From contig NC_043012.1 in assembly GCF_006345805.1 (NCBI RefSeq), forward strand, positions 5,146,001 through 5,210,000: a stretch of DNA of 64,000 nt, read 5' to 3'. The position numbers were made by a program, and so were the translations under genes. This DNA is from Octopus sinensis. Its lineage: Eukaryota. How positions within the stretch are numbered: position 1 is the first letter of the stretch; every line of letters begins with the position of its first letter. The notes below the pieces were generated by a model, which worked only from the letters and a program-made list of their open reading frames with translations, did not search any database and was not told where the DNA came from. Below, piece after piece: positions 24,934-38,342 of the stretch.

Positions 24934-26748
24934 AGAGGTTTTGTAATTCTATATTACCCATACAACTATTGATAACCTTAATTGAAATTTTGTTGATAAT
25001 TTCTGTATCTATGTGAGGCCAAGGAGCGTATATTTATGAGCGCAAGAAAGATCAAAGCGACATTTTAATTATAAGAAAGGGCATAACAAGCTACAGATTT
25101 GTTTATCGTTTGTTATTATTCCGTTCTTTTTCCAATTTCTTTTTGCTTTTCAGCGGTAGGTTAATTATACTTATGGCACACCTTTGTTTTACAGTTTTGT
25201 TCTTTGTAGCATCGCATAGATAGACGTCTATTAGTGTTTCGCTTGTCAGAACTGTTTATTTAAAACGATCTAACCAGCGAGAGACTGGGGAAGAAAAGAG
25301 AAACAGCATTGGTTACAGCTACTCATGAACAATGTAATGGACAACGGACACTGTAATTGTTCAACAAATTCGCTGTCGTGAGACAGCGTACTTATGAAAA
25401 AGCTTGTAAATATATTTCCAGCGTAGACATTTATTAAATATACATTTAACCTCGCCATGCAAGTAGACCACTTAGTTAAACTTCAAGTCTGTCTCTCTAT
25501 AGAACGGTGTGAAAAACTACTCATGTAATTAAACCTACCTGTACAATCTCTTCATGCGAAAGTAGTCGGGTTTTTCTACACTTTATTATGTAATGATGAC
25601 CCAGTAATTTCACAAGAGAGGACCTTGCTGGCTACAAAGTAATATTATTAAGTTTACAGCTCATTAGTTGACTCACAGTGTTAAATCTATCTTTTGTAGT
25701 GATTTTAGTTTGATAGAAGTGTTAATAAGCATAGTCCTCCTTTCCATTTATTAGACTAGAAAATAACTCAACAAACGGATGCGCAACTCTAATTACATAT
25801 ACTGCATTTAAGTTTCTATAAGCTATCAGAATTTTGCCGTAGACGGAAACTATTACGTAAGTTATTGATCTTAGGATTGGCTGAACAAACCACGGAAAAG
25901 AAACTCAGATAAAACATCACTTTAAATTGCACAAAAAATAATTTGGCAATCAAACAGGGGGAAAACTTTATCAGTCATGATTTCTGGCGAATGGAGTTCT
26001 TTTACAGAGAAGTAAATTTTGTTTTAAACTTATAAATAATCTTCTGTTTGAATTTTTATATTCTAACAACCGTTGTTGTTTAATAACCTAATTAACTGCG
26101 TTATGTGGTGCGATATTATATACTATTATGATTAAAACGTCTCATAAATTTATCGTCATTTGCATTAACGACTCATTTCATTTCTAAATTGAAATTTTTC
26201 ATTTTTCTTTTATGTATGTTTTCTTAGAGAAAGCAATTCCAAGAGCAATTTTCTCTCAATTTTTCGTCGCTAATCAAAATCTGTTCTAATGAGAAGCATG
26301 TATATGTAATCTCTACTATTATCTGTGGGTGTTTTTAAATACTGTCAGAGAATGAATTTAGAACTTCACTTGTATGGCATAAAAATCTCCATTTAATCAA
26401 TAACATGCAATCGATTGGCTGTCAAGTTACAGCATATCATCTGTTATTGTATTGCAAACGTCTTGAGGTCAGAAGTAAATTGAAGCGATAGCAACAACAA
26501 CTAGTTTTTTTTTCTTCTTTTCAATCCCTTCGTTCAATTAGAGGAAAAGGGTAGGGACATGGTCCTTTGCGGGGCTTCTCAAGTTGGTTGGAGGAAGGCA
26601 GGAAGTTATCCAAAGAGCGATGATTGCCCGATCACTTGCACATGGATGCGACACCATTAATGAAACAGTGACCAAACTGAGGTGCTAAACCAGCCGCCAC
26701 GAAAGTTTACTCCAGATCCGCCCGATCGATGTTCCAGTTATAACTAAC

Positions 26749-26903
26749 CCATTGTTCTTTCCAGGTATATAATCGGTGTTGTACTGTATACTTTCTTTTC
26801 CAAGACAGTTTTGGTTTGTCTACATTTTTCAGGCATAACAGACGGGCTTCGAAATAATTTATTTCTACGAAATTCACTCAGACTGCATTGCTCAACCTCG
26901 AAG
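26749..26903 (-). CDS. Weak candidate internal exon (FEVEQCSLSEFRRNKLFRSPSVMPEKCRQTKTVLEKKVYSTTPIIYLERTM), product unknown
   Basis: Acceptor gtctttgactacag|C, donor ATGG|gttagt, 155 nt open frame. No homology recognised. Confidence 0.15.
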
Positions 26904-27195
26904 CTGTAGTCAAAGACACCCAAAATTCCACACTGATAGGACTGAACCAAAAACCATGTGACTGCTAGGCGAATTTATACAGCTAAATGTAATGAAAGGA
27001 ACGGTTGTTTGCAGTGTTCGGCGTAGATTTTGGAGAAACAGAAAAGGCAGTAAAAAGTATTGGAAAATAAAAAGATAGCATCTGCTCACCGGATAGTTAT
27101 TGTTGCTCTTGTTGTTGTTCTTGTCGTTGTTGTTGCTGTTGTTGTTGGCGATGTTGCTTAGGCTGTTGTTGTCAGCCTTGATCCAGCAGACTATA

Positions 27196-27518
27196 CTGGT
27201 TCTCCGTCGCTTACGACGATGAGGGTTCCAGTTGATCCGATCAACGTAACAGCCTGTCCGTGAAATTAACGTACAAGTGGTTGAGTACTCCACAGACACG
27301 AGCATCCTTAACGCATTTATCGGGGAGATTCAGCATGGAACAGAATGTTATAAGGCTGACCTTTTGCATTAAAGGTACAATTCATTTTTGCCTACTGAGC
27401 GGACTGGAGCAACTTGAAATAAAGTGTTTTGCTCAAGGACACAACACTGCCGGTTTTCGAACTCACAGTCTTAAGATACTGAATCAAATACCTGAACCAC
27501 GAAGCCACGCGTCTTCAC
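27196..27518 (-). mobile_element. tRNA-derived CORE-like SINE type C
   Basis: Reverse complement has head gtgaagacgcgtggcttcgtgg.., core tgtgtccttgagcaaaacactttatttca..gctccagtc, and the tail shared with type D. Confidence 0.85.
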
Positions 27519-27783
27519 CCCTGCAGTCTATAAAAAAAGACATTCCAACCGTGGATAATCTGTTTCTTTTTCCTTTCTCCATTTCTTTTCATTTTTATCA
27601 ATAGCATCAACATTCTCTTTCGCTTTTCTTTCTTGTTTTTATGATACAGACGAAACAAAGATTTGTCTGCTGTTTACAGCAGATCGATTAACACGGTAGA
27701 GGCGCAATCGTTTGCCATCCCTTTCTATATCTGTCACACAACTGCTCTTCATTTCTTTCATTCATTTTATGCACATGGTTCTC

Positions 27784-27821
<38 letters not shown>

Positions 27822-28231
27822 GCTATCTCTCTCGCTATCTCTCTCTTTGTCTCTCTAACTTTATCTCTTCCTCTTTCTCTTATCCTATCACTCACTTTCT
27901 CGCTCACTTTTCCACTCTCTCCCATCAAGTTTAAATGTGTGATTGCAGTGTTATTATTCCAGTGTGTGAATTGAGCTGTGACTCCATTACAGAGAACACT
28001 TGAGCCTTGTACAGACGATCATTCAGTTGTTTAAAGCCAAACATTCGTTACATTCTTTTGTCCCCAGTCAGCATCACCTGATTTACTCTGTTTAACACAA
28101 GCACCGTACTTATTTATATAATCAACCCTAACTACGTCTCCCTTGTTTATTCTACCCACCAACCCATCCACCCGCTCCCACAATCAGAAGCAAGGTTTAG
28201 TTAAGCTGTTGTCATGCAAGGATGGCAATAA

Positions 28232-28845
28232 TCCTTTCTACTGTAGGCACAAGGCCTGAAATTTGGGGGAAGGGATTAAATCGATTACATGGACCCTAGT
28301 ACGTAACAGGTACTTATTTAATCGACCACGAAAGGATGAAAGACAAAGTCAACCGCGGCGGAATTTGAACTCAGAATCTAACAACAAGCGAAATAACCCT
28401 AAGCATTTCGCCCGGCGTGCTAACGTTTCTTATTTCTTTATTGCCCACAAGGGGCTAAATATAGACGGGACAAACAAGGACAGACAAAGGGATTAAGTCA
28501 ATTACATCAACCCCAGTGCGTAGCTGGTACTTAATTCATCGACCCCGAAAGGATGAAAGGCAAAGTCGACATCGGCGGAATTTGAACTCAGAACGTAACT
28601 GCAGACGAAATACCTATTTCTTTACTACCTACAAGGGGCTAAACACAGAGGGGACAAACACGGACAGACAAACGGATTAAGTCGATTTCATCGACCCCAG
28701 TGCGTAACTGGTACTTAATTTATCGACCCCGAAAAGATGAAAGACAAAGCCGACCTCTGCGGAATATGAACTCAGAACGTAACGGCAGACGAAATACGGT
28801 TACGCATTTCGCCCGGAGTGCTAACGATTCTGCCAGCTCGCCGTC
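28232..28845 (-). mobile_element. SINE type B head-to-tail trimer
   Basis: Three ~185-230 bp direct units; junctions gctaacgtttct|tatttctttattgcccacaagg (~28430) and gacgaaatacc|tatttctttactacc (~28614). Confidence 0.9.
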
Positions 28846-29073
28846 GTCAAGAAGGACAATAATACCGAACAGATGAATCTTTAAATAAATCTAAGCCATG
28901 AGCTAAAGCACACACACACACATACACAAACCACATGGGATTCTGAGAGCATATACCGTATTGTCTTATTTTTTTTTATCACTTCCTCTTTTAGTTTTTA
29001 TATTTATATTTATTATCCCTTTGCATGATGAAGATGGGAAAAATCTGTGAAAATTTTCAGGTATTCGAAAACA

Positions 29074-29257
29074 TAGGCGCGAATGTGGCTGAGAGGTAAG
29101 AAGTTTGCTTCTCAACCACATGATTCTGGGTTCTGTTCCACTGCGTGGTACCTGTAGTGCCTTGACCAAGTGTATTCTACTATAGACTGTAGCCTCGGGC
29201 AGACCAAAGCCTTTTGAGTGGTTTCGGTAGCCGGAAACTTAATGAAGACCGTAGTAG

Positions 29258-29260
<3 letters not shown>
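29074..29260 (+). mobile_element. SINE type A 5' half
   Basis: taggcgcgaatgtggctgagaggtaagaagtttgcttctcaaccacatg..gggttctgttccactgcgtgg..gaccaaagccttttgagtgg. Confidence 0.8.
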
Positions 29261-29289
<29 letters not shown>

Positions 29290-29295
<6 letters not shown>

Positions 29296-29658
29296 ATAAT
29301 ATTAGGGAATAATCCAAATTTCAGGGAAAAAAATCAGATTAGGATTAAATCCAATTTTATAGTAAAATATTATAAAATTATTATTAGAGACAAAACCACT
29401 ATTTTGCAAACAAACAAGGAAAGACTTAATCAAACATAAAATTTAATAAATAGTCAAAAAAACCGCCACTACAATCGTTTCTTGTCTTCATAATTTGAAA
29501 CTGACTTATTGGAAGTCCACCTGAAGATTGTCGATCAAGACAAGAAACGATTGTAGTGGCGGTTTTTTTGACTATTTATTAAAATTTTGTATTGATTAAG
29601 TCTTTCCTTGTTTGTTTTGCAAAAATAGTGGTTTTGTTCTAATAATATTTTAGTATAT

Positions 29659-29660
<2 letters not shown>
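29290..29660. mobile_element. Penelope-like inverted terminal-repeat element flanked by (TA)n
   Basis: Arms 29371-29488 and 29537-29654 are near-perfect reverse complements; the spacer holds a hammerhead core; outer part homologous to 48870-48985 and 61145-61252. Confidence 0.7.
29517..29559 (+). ncRNA. Type I hammerhead ribozyme with intact catalytic core
   Basis: CCAC-CUGAAGA-UUGUC[GAUCAA]GACAA-GAAA-C[GAUU]G-UA^GUGG. Stem I CCAC/GUGG, 5-bp stem II, 2-bp stem III in a quasi-palindrome ACGAUUGU, GUA triplet; predicted cut 29555/29556. Confidence 0.8.
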
Positions 29661-29710
<50 letters not shown>

Positions 29711-29712
29711 AT

Positions 29713-29819
29713 AAATGAAAGAATGGAGTTGAACGACGATTTAACAAAATCCTTATTCTACACATATGTCGAGAATAAAGGAATTTTGTTAAATATCGTT
29801 CAACTCCATTCCTTCATTT
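29713..29819. repeat. ~47 bp-arm hairpin (foldback remnant) next to (TA)n
   Basis: aaatgaaagaatggagttgaacgacgatttaacaaaatccttattct / agaataaaggaattttgttaaatatcgttcaactccattccttcattt with a 12 nt loop. Confidence 0.8.
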
Positions 29820-30029
29820 ATTTGTATTAAAAAAACACACCAATTTCCACACGAAAGCACGTGATCTCTGCCCTTGGCATGTAGCTTCAACCGTGAATTG
29901 CTACCAGGTATCGGTGTTAACCGAATTATCCATACTAAGATAATTCATTCAACTACTTAAATATATATATATATATATATATACACGCGCATACGTACAA
30001 CACACACACACAACCACTCACACACAACA

Positions 30030-30065
<36 letters not shown>

Positions 30066-30071
30066 ACACAC

Positions 30072-30122
<51 letters not shown>

Positions 30123-30410
30123 CCAGAAAAGTAGTTAAATCCTGTGCCCAAGAAGAGAAAGTAACATACTGACGAGAGTGGAGAAGGCTTCCATAACCCA
30201 AACCGATGTAAATTATGGTGAAAAATATTTGCCCAAGAAGCAGTGATGTGATAGCGAACCCGCGATGGTCGTTGTCGAGGAAGAAATTCTTCACCACAAC
30301 ATCCATAATTAAGTGTAATCGAAGAATAGGGGCAGGGTTTACGACGTCCATACAGATTCTGTACTCGCACACATACATACATATATTGATTTTAAATGCA
30401 TAATTATATG

Positions 30411-30728
<318 letters not shown>

Positions 30729-30837
30729 CTTCCATGCATATAGACATATAAGTAATGTGTATTTATAATTATACATTATGCAGTTATTGTTAATATCTCT
30801 CTCTTTCTTTCTCTCTCTGTCTATCTCTCTCTCACTG

Positions 30838-30868
<31 letters not shown>

Positions 30869-30989
30869 AAATATATATATATATGTACATATATATATAT
30901 ATATATACACGCATATATGTCTATATGCATACGCACACATACAAGCACACATACATATGCACATACATACATGCAAACAGACATTCATA

Positions 30990-31291
30990 CTTATATCCAT
31001 ACACTCCACATACATACATACATACATACACACATACATACATACATACATACATACATACGTACATACATACATACATACATACATACATACATACGTA
31101 CGTACATACATACATACATACATACGTACATACATACATACATACACACATACACACATACATACATACATACATACATATACATACATACATACATACA
31201 TACATACATACATACATACATACATACGTACATACATACATACATACACACATACACACATACATACATACATACATACATACATACATAC
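30990..31291. repeat. (CATA)n microsatellite
   Basis: Seen directly; source of the YIHT/MYVC artefact ORFs. Confidence 0.95.
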
Positions 31292-31778
31292 AAGCGAAAG
31301 GGTCAGCCATATATTTCATAGGGGCCAATTTAATTCCGAGAAAGGAAGAAAGGCGCTGGCCTTCCTTCATAGACCGGCGCCCCTCTCTATCTAGAGACAT
31401 GATTGCAGAGAAATGATTATTGGTTTTTTTTTGTTTTTTTTTTCCTCTGTAAAATATATTAGGCCCAGTTGTGCAGAAAAGGCAAGAGGCGGGGTGGGAC
31501 GAAAATGTAATATTAATGAGGGAAGCTGTTTGACAGTAATCTGTCAGAAGAATCTGCGACTACAAGATTTTATAGGAAATTTATTTGCAAGGCTAACAAA
31601 GTTTTCTTGTAAATCATGGCCAATGATGTGGGCCATACAGGAAACAACATCGTAAATATGGTAAATGCCTTATTGATCTTACTATTACGATTCTCTCTTC
31701 CCGGTCTGCTTGGTCTTGCACTTCCTATGTCCTGCCAGCACACGCCATCTATTTCTCTCCCTCCCTCCCACCTCTCTA

Positions 31779-31819
<41 letters not shown>

Positions 31820-32342
31820 CTGTCTTTCTCTCTTTCTCTTTCTATCTCAGTCTCTGTCTCTCCATTTCTCTCTCTCTCTCTCTCTCTCTAGCTATCCCGC
31901 TTTTCCTCTCTCTCTATTTGACTCTCTCTCTCCCTCTGTTTCTCTCCCTTTATCTATCTATCTTACTCCGCTCTTTCTCTTTCTCTCCTTCTCTCTCTTT
32001 CCATTTCAGTCTCTGTCTCTCCATCTCTTTCTTTCTCTCTCTCTATCTCCCAATCTATTTAGCTGTCCAGCCTTCTATCTTTCTCACGGCCATAAATACT
32101 TATACACATACACACAGACAAATACGCGCAAACAAATGCAAACAAATGCACACATGTAGAATGTCTAACACTCACCTTATCTATCGACCATCTTATATAT
32201 ATATATATGTATATATATTTTATATATAAAAAATACAAAAATGGGACAAGAACGCAAAACATCCAGACAGACGATACAAAGAAAACAAGGACGGGTCATT
32301 CGGAGTTTTCTTTCCTCAATCGAGTCCCAGATTATGCTTGCA

Positions 32343-32376
<34 letters not shown>

Positions 32377-32388
32377 GTGCGTGCGTGC

Positions 32389-32463
<75 letters not shown>

Positions 32464-32499
32464 TGTGCTTGGGCGTTAGAAAAAAAATCAAGATAAATT

Positions 32500-32685
32500 C
32501 TTTTCTACTCTTGGCACAAGGCCCAAATTTTTGGGCGAGTACGTAACTGGTATTTAATTTATCGATCGCGAAAGGATGAAAGGCAAAGTCGACCTAGGCG
32601 GAATTTGAATTGAATGTAGCGACAGACGAAACACCGCTAAGCATTTCGCCCGGCGTGCTAACGTTTCTGCTAGCTCACCGCCTTA
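32500..32685 (-). mobile_element. SINE type B monomer
   Basis: ttctactcttggcacaaggcc..gaaaggatgaaaggcaaagtcgacctaggcggaatttgaa..gcatttcgcccggcgtgctaacgtttctgctagctcaccgcctt. Confidence 0.85.
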
Positions 32686-32866
32686 AAATCAAGATAAATT
32701 AAGGGAGATTCAATACCTGGAAGAAACAAAAGTGTAATGTTTTATGCAAAAGAATACTTTATATAACGCCATAAATGTTGTCCTACGACTGTTCATGAAT
32801 ACTATGGGCAGCAGCAGATAGAAACTTTAGCCACTATGCAGCATGTTTATATGCATACATATAATC

Positions 32867-32944
<78 letters not shown>

Positions 32945-33006
32945 ATATATATATATATTATTTATATATATATATAGATATATATATATATATATTATAT
33001 ATATAT

Positions 33007-33044
<38 letters not shown>

Positions 33045-33131
33045 AGAATTCAAGAAAAAAACAAAGGACGAAGACATATGGTGTAGAAAACAAATAGATG
33101 TATTAGTATAACGCTCAGGGATTGAAAAAGT

Positions 33132-33167
33132 CTTTTCCGTTTCGAGCCTACGCTCTTCCACAGAAAG
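33132..33167 (-). ncRNA. A6U-variant minimal hammerhead, copy 3 (U16.1 mutated to G, probably inactive)
   Basis: CUUU-CUGUGGA-A-GAGC[GUAG]GCUC-GAAA-CG-GA^AAAG, in a repeat copy ~33041-33245 next to (TA)n. Confidence 0.45.
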
Positions 33168-33336
33168 GAACACAGAAAGAAGCAAGGAGAGAGAAAAAAG
33201 TGTGTGTTGTGGCTACCGATCCATCATGGTGACTGCCGGACAGAAGGGTCACACAGGTGAGCAAAGAAATAGGGGAGATAAATTCTTTTATTCTTTTATA
33301 CGTTTCATCCTTAAGGTTGTGGTCCTACTGGGGCAC

Positions 33337-33440
<104 letters not shown>

Positions 33441-33617
33441 CGTATACATACATACATATATTTTTATCGATAACTATGAAATGTTTTTGAATCGCAGTGC
33501 TAACACAAGTAGGAAACCGCATTCACTTATAAAGCTTGGAATAACTTGGTAGTATATCATAGTTGCAAAACGAAATACAGTCTTCAACCAGCTATTGTTA
33601 ATATACATATACGGTGT

Positions 33618-33656
<39 letters not shown>

Positions 33657-34210
33657 CGTGCATATGACAGATTGCTTTTCCATCTTCTTTTCTTTGTAAC
33701 TTATTCTTTTACTCCCTCCCCTTCCCGCTTGGTTTCTCTTGCTCCAATCTCTCCCCCCCCCTCTCTCTCTCTCTCTCTCAAAATAAAGTTCCTTCTCTTA
33801 TTTTCCTGTCTAACCATATTTCATTTTCTTTCACTTTCTCCTGCCTCCCACTTATTCATCTCTCTCTCTCTCTCTCTCTCACTCTTCAATAATTCTTTTA
33901 TATTTCCTTCTATTCTTCCTTCCTTCTCTCCTTTCCTTCCTTCATTCATTCATTAATTCCTTCCTCCTCTAACCAGTCTCACCCTATCACACTCTCTTGC
34001 TCTCCCTTTCATTTTACATTTATCTTTCAATCTCCCCGCCTTCTCTTGCTTTCCCATCTCTCTTTTGGTCTTGAACTCTGTCACTTTCTCTCTTTCCATT
34101 GCTTTCTCTCTCTTTCTCTTTCTCCCCCTCTCTGTCTTTCCCCTGTCTTTTACTCTCTCACTACCACTCTCTCTTTCTCTCTCTCCCTCTCTCCCTCTCT
34201 CCTTCTCTTC

Positions 34211-34245
<35 letters not shown>

Positions 34246-34349
34246 GCTTTGTCATTCTCCCTGTCCACCTTTTCTATTGTCCCTCTATACATGTGTTTCT
34301 GCTTCTCTCTATATAACGCTCTACATTTTTTGATTCTGTGTATATACAC

Positions 34350-34387
<38 letters not shown>

Positions 34388-34740
34388 TTGCGTGTAAGTA
34401 TGTGCACATGTGCATGCGTGTGAGTATATATCATTCATAATATATACACAGGTGCATATAACCGGGCGCGCACACACAGACACACAGACATATAGATACT
34501 TGTACATATGTTTTACGGGTATTCACTCACTCCGGCACGCCTTCACTCGCACTAGTTCTTATCTGACACCTTCTACCTTACCATAACACACGTAACAAAG
34601 CATAACATACCAACCATCACAGCCATTACACTCAGTCACATCAACCAACCAAAAACATTAGTGCACCGAAACCACAACTGTAAATGTTTCTTCGGTCGAT
34701 AAACTTCGGTTTCATCAAACAGGCATCTTCATCGTCTTAC

Positions 34741-34801
34741 CGGTATTCATCGCCTCTAACACACTACACAGGTCTTCTAACATCTCCAGCGCCTTCGTCA
34801 T
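34741..34801 (-). CDS. Candidate exon MTKALEMLEDLCSVLEAMNT(G), product unknown
   Basis: Long pyrimidine-rich acceptor ..gtgtttttttctgtatgaag|ATG, donor ACCG|gtaaga, 61 nt open only in phase 0, non-repetitive helical-looking peptide. Confidence 0.35.
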
Positions 34802-34971
34802 CTTCATACAGAAAAAAACACAACACAGACACAGAGAAAACAACATGCCTGTTTCTTTGAAATAGCAAAATTCTACCTTAAACTATATTTATGAGAAACC
34901 AATGAGTTATGATTCTACGTTCGTATTTTCACGCTGCTTATTTCTCATTCCCCCTCTTCCTCTCACCCATT

Positions 34972-35019
<48 letters not shown>

Positions 35020-35456
35020 CTTTCTCTGACTACTATCTAGTTCCCTTCTTATCTATTTTCTCCCTTTCATTTCCCCCCATTGTATCTCACTTTTCTTTCC
35101 TTCTCTCTCACTGTCTGTCTATCTGTCTTCCTCTCTTCTCTCCCCTCTCTGCATAGCTATGTATTTCGGAATATATGTATATACATACATATATTTAAAC
35201 ATATTTATATGTATGTATATATATATATAAACATGCATGCATGCATACATACATATATACAGAAATACATACATACATACGTACATATGTACTTACATAC
35301 ATACATGCATGCATACATACATACATACATGCATACGTACATACGTACATACATACATGCATGCATGCAAGCATGCATACATACATACATACATACATAC
35401 ATACATACATACATACATACATACATACATACATACATACATACATACATACATAG

Positions 35457-35740
35457 TGGCACTCCGTCGGTTACGATGACGAGGGTTCCAGCTGATCTGA
35501 TCAACGGAATAGCCTGCTCGTATATATAAACGTATGTGTATATTTATGCCACAGGTGCATAAACAGATACATACGCACATATAGACACGTGTACCATTAA
35601 CGTAGTTCTCGGGGGAGATTCAGCGTGACACAGAGTGTGACAAGGCTGGCCCTTTGAATTACAGGCACAACAGAGACAGGAAGAAAAAGTGAGAGAAAGT
35701 TGTGGTGAAAGAGTACAGCATGGTTCACCACCACCCCTGA
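35457..35740 (-). mobile_element. SINE type D 3' part, head missing where it meets the mariner fragment
   Basis: tggcactccgtcggttacgatgacgagggttcc..gattcagcgtgacacagagtgtgacaaggctggccc matches 20230-20397. Confidence 0.85.
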
Positions 35741-36161
35741 CTTCCCAGAATTGAGGTGGTTTCATGGCAAAGAATTCATCAAGGTAGCTTTTTACGTCAT
35801 TCAAGGAATTGAGATTTTTACCATTAAGAATATTCTGCAGAGACCTGAATAAGTGGAAATCCGAAGGAGCAATTCTGATGAATATGGAGGGTGGGATAAC
35901 ACATCCCAGCCGAGCTGCAGCAATTTTTGTCTGGTTCCCAAAGCATCAAGTGCCAAAAATGAACTTTCTTATCTTCCATTTTAAAGGGTTACAGAATTAA
36001 CACAGGTTATAGGAACATAAATCTTCTTCCATGAAAATATAGCTTAAACTGTGCTCTAAATGGAAATGTAGTCAAATCCTATTTTATGGACTCAACCATG
36101 TTCTAAAATAAGTCGAAAGGTAAGCTACTATAAATCGGCACGAACTTTCCGGACAAACCAA
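35741..36161 (-). mobile_element. Internally deleted and truncated copy of the 6673-7960 mariner
   Basis: Keeps one TIR (ataaatcggcacgaactttccggacaaaccaa|ta) and the start MEDKKVHFWHLML, fused to the C-terminal region via ttcccAAAGcatcaag (~720 bp deleted). Confidence 0.9.
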
Positions 36162-36411
36162 TACTATGGTGTTTATTAGTGTTACTGGTCAACCACTTTA
36201 GTAGAGACACAGAAATGGTTTGTTTTAGGTGAAAAAATGACGGAACCTAGAATGGTTTGGCCGAATATACCTAATTCACTTTTAAAACTTATTTAGCCTG
36301 TGTTTCATGACTAATCATAAATGTAGATTAAGCTTTATTAAATGTGAGTTAGCTCTAATCAGTAAGAAAATTCTAGATTCAATTCGCTCGCTGATCATAG
36401 TAATCATTTTG

Positions 36412-36503
36412 TATTATGAGCACAAGGCCTGAAATTGGGGGGGGGGGGTTAAGTCGATTAAATCGACCCCAGTACTCAACTGGTACTCAATTTATTGACC
36501 CCG
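36412..36503 (-). mobile_element. SINE type B 3' fragment
   Basis: gcacaaggcctgaaattggggg..gtcgattaaatcgaccccagtactcaactggtactc..attgaccccga. Confidence 0.7.
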
Positions 36504-36916
36504 ATACTATTACGTTGATCGTAATAATACTTTTTACATCATATGGTTCGCTATTACCGGTATTATATACCACGTTATAAATTTACACAATTCGACAATT
36601 CCAATTTTATCCTGTGTGAGTTCGATTTGCTAAACGTAACAAGTACATCACCCAAACCATTCCCATCAGTTTATCAAAAAAAAAATTCTTAATAATGTAC
36701 TGTACAATGTTGTCCTTGATATAAAACAAATACATAATAATCACGCCTGGGTCGTTTTTGATACAAGATATGCTTGATCAGCGCTCATCTGAGTCTACAC
36801 AACGAAAAAAAAACAAAAGGAAATAATTCAAGCAAACACAACAACAACAAATATTGCAAACTGTAAAATAACAGGTGAGCAGGCAAATCAACATGCTTAC
36901 GGTTTATTGTTGTTGC

Positions 36917-36969
<53 letters not shown>

Positions 36970-37787
36970 TATTATTATTATTAATGGACTTAGGATAGAA
37001 GCGAGAAATGTCCATAATGTTTTTGTGTTTTGTTGTTTTCTTTTTTTCAATGTCAATAAACCAAGATGAAAGGGCTTAAAGAGCTACAAGCATAAAGAGA
37101 AATTAGCTCATCGAGCCAAAATCACACGAGATTATTTTAATGTCTGCGGAGATTGTCGCTGGAAAAACCGTACCAACAGCAAAAAAACAACAACTCAATA
37201 TTCATTGAAAAAAGAAACGGCTTTTATCAATCACCCTTTAGAAATAAAAAGCAGAAAAAGTATAAAAAAAGGTAAATAGAAAAAATCTTTAACAGCAACG
37301 ATAAATTTATATTTCATTTGTATATTTTAAGTATTTTTACTCTACATTTTCTTTTCTTCTCTTAACGGTTTTTTTAAAAATCTAAATCATTCTGTTATTC
37401 TTTCATTCATTGTATTCTGTTATGCTTTAAAACTGTTATACTTTTATTTATTGTACTGTGTTCTCTTATTTAAATCAAAACTTCCTAGGATTGTCCATTA
37501 AACAGAGAGATAGCGTTGCTGTCTGAATAGCAGTATTTTACGACTACGGAATTATAAGGTGTGAGCAAGTCTGCGATACTCGTTTAAAATTTATTGCATA
37601 CTCTGAACGACTTTCCGGAATAAACCTGATCCAAAGACACTTTCTCGAATTTCATTTACGACGGCAATATCCTATTGATGGCCTAGACAGGATTACGACT
37701 TTATAGCCGTACAGTATATAGATAAAGTAGAAGGCAAGTTTTTTTATGATTCTTTGTCTTCCTATGGACATTTTCAACTACATAGAT

Positions 37788-38100
37788 GCATACATACATA
37801 CATACATACATACATACATACATACATACATACATACATACATACATACATACATACATACATGCATACATACACACATACATACATGCATACATACATA
37901 CATACATGCATACATACATACATGCATGCATACACGCAAACAAAAACATACATACATACATGCATACATACATACATACATACATACATACATACATGCA
38001 TGCATACATACATGCATACATACATACATACATTCACACATACATACATACATACATACATACATACATACACGCAAACGAAAACATACATACATGTACA
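37788..38100. repeat. (CATA)n microsatellite with internal higher-order duplication
   Basis: cacgcaaac(a/g)aaaacatacatac recurs at ~37932 and ~38071. Confidence 0.9.
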
Positions 38101-38275
38101 TATGTAGATATAACTGTCGACGAAAGAAAAGTAACTATATTCATTGACCTGATGAGCAAGCCTTTTTACCTGTATTCATTTATATGTTATACAACTGAAT
38201 CATATAATTTATATTATATACATTAATTCAGGCATATAAAATAATTTATCTATTTATAAAACACTAAAATCAAGT

Positions 38276-38342
<67 letters not shown>

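Noticed and set aside
24511-28845. Regularly repeated ~180 bp units that superficially resemble a CRISPR or satellite array
   Set aside because: They are SINE multimers with no unique spacers, in a eukaryotic context.
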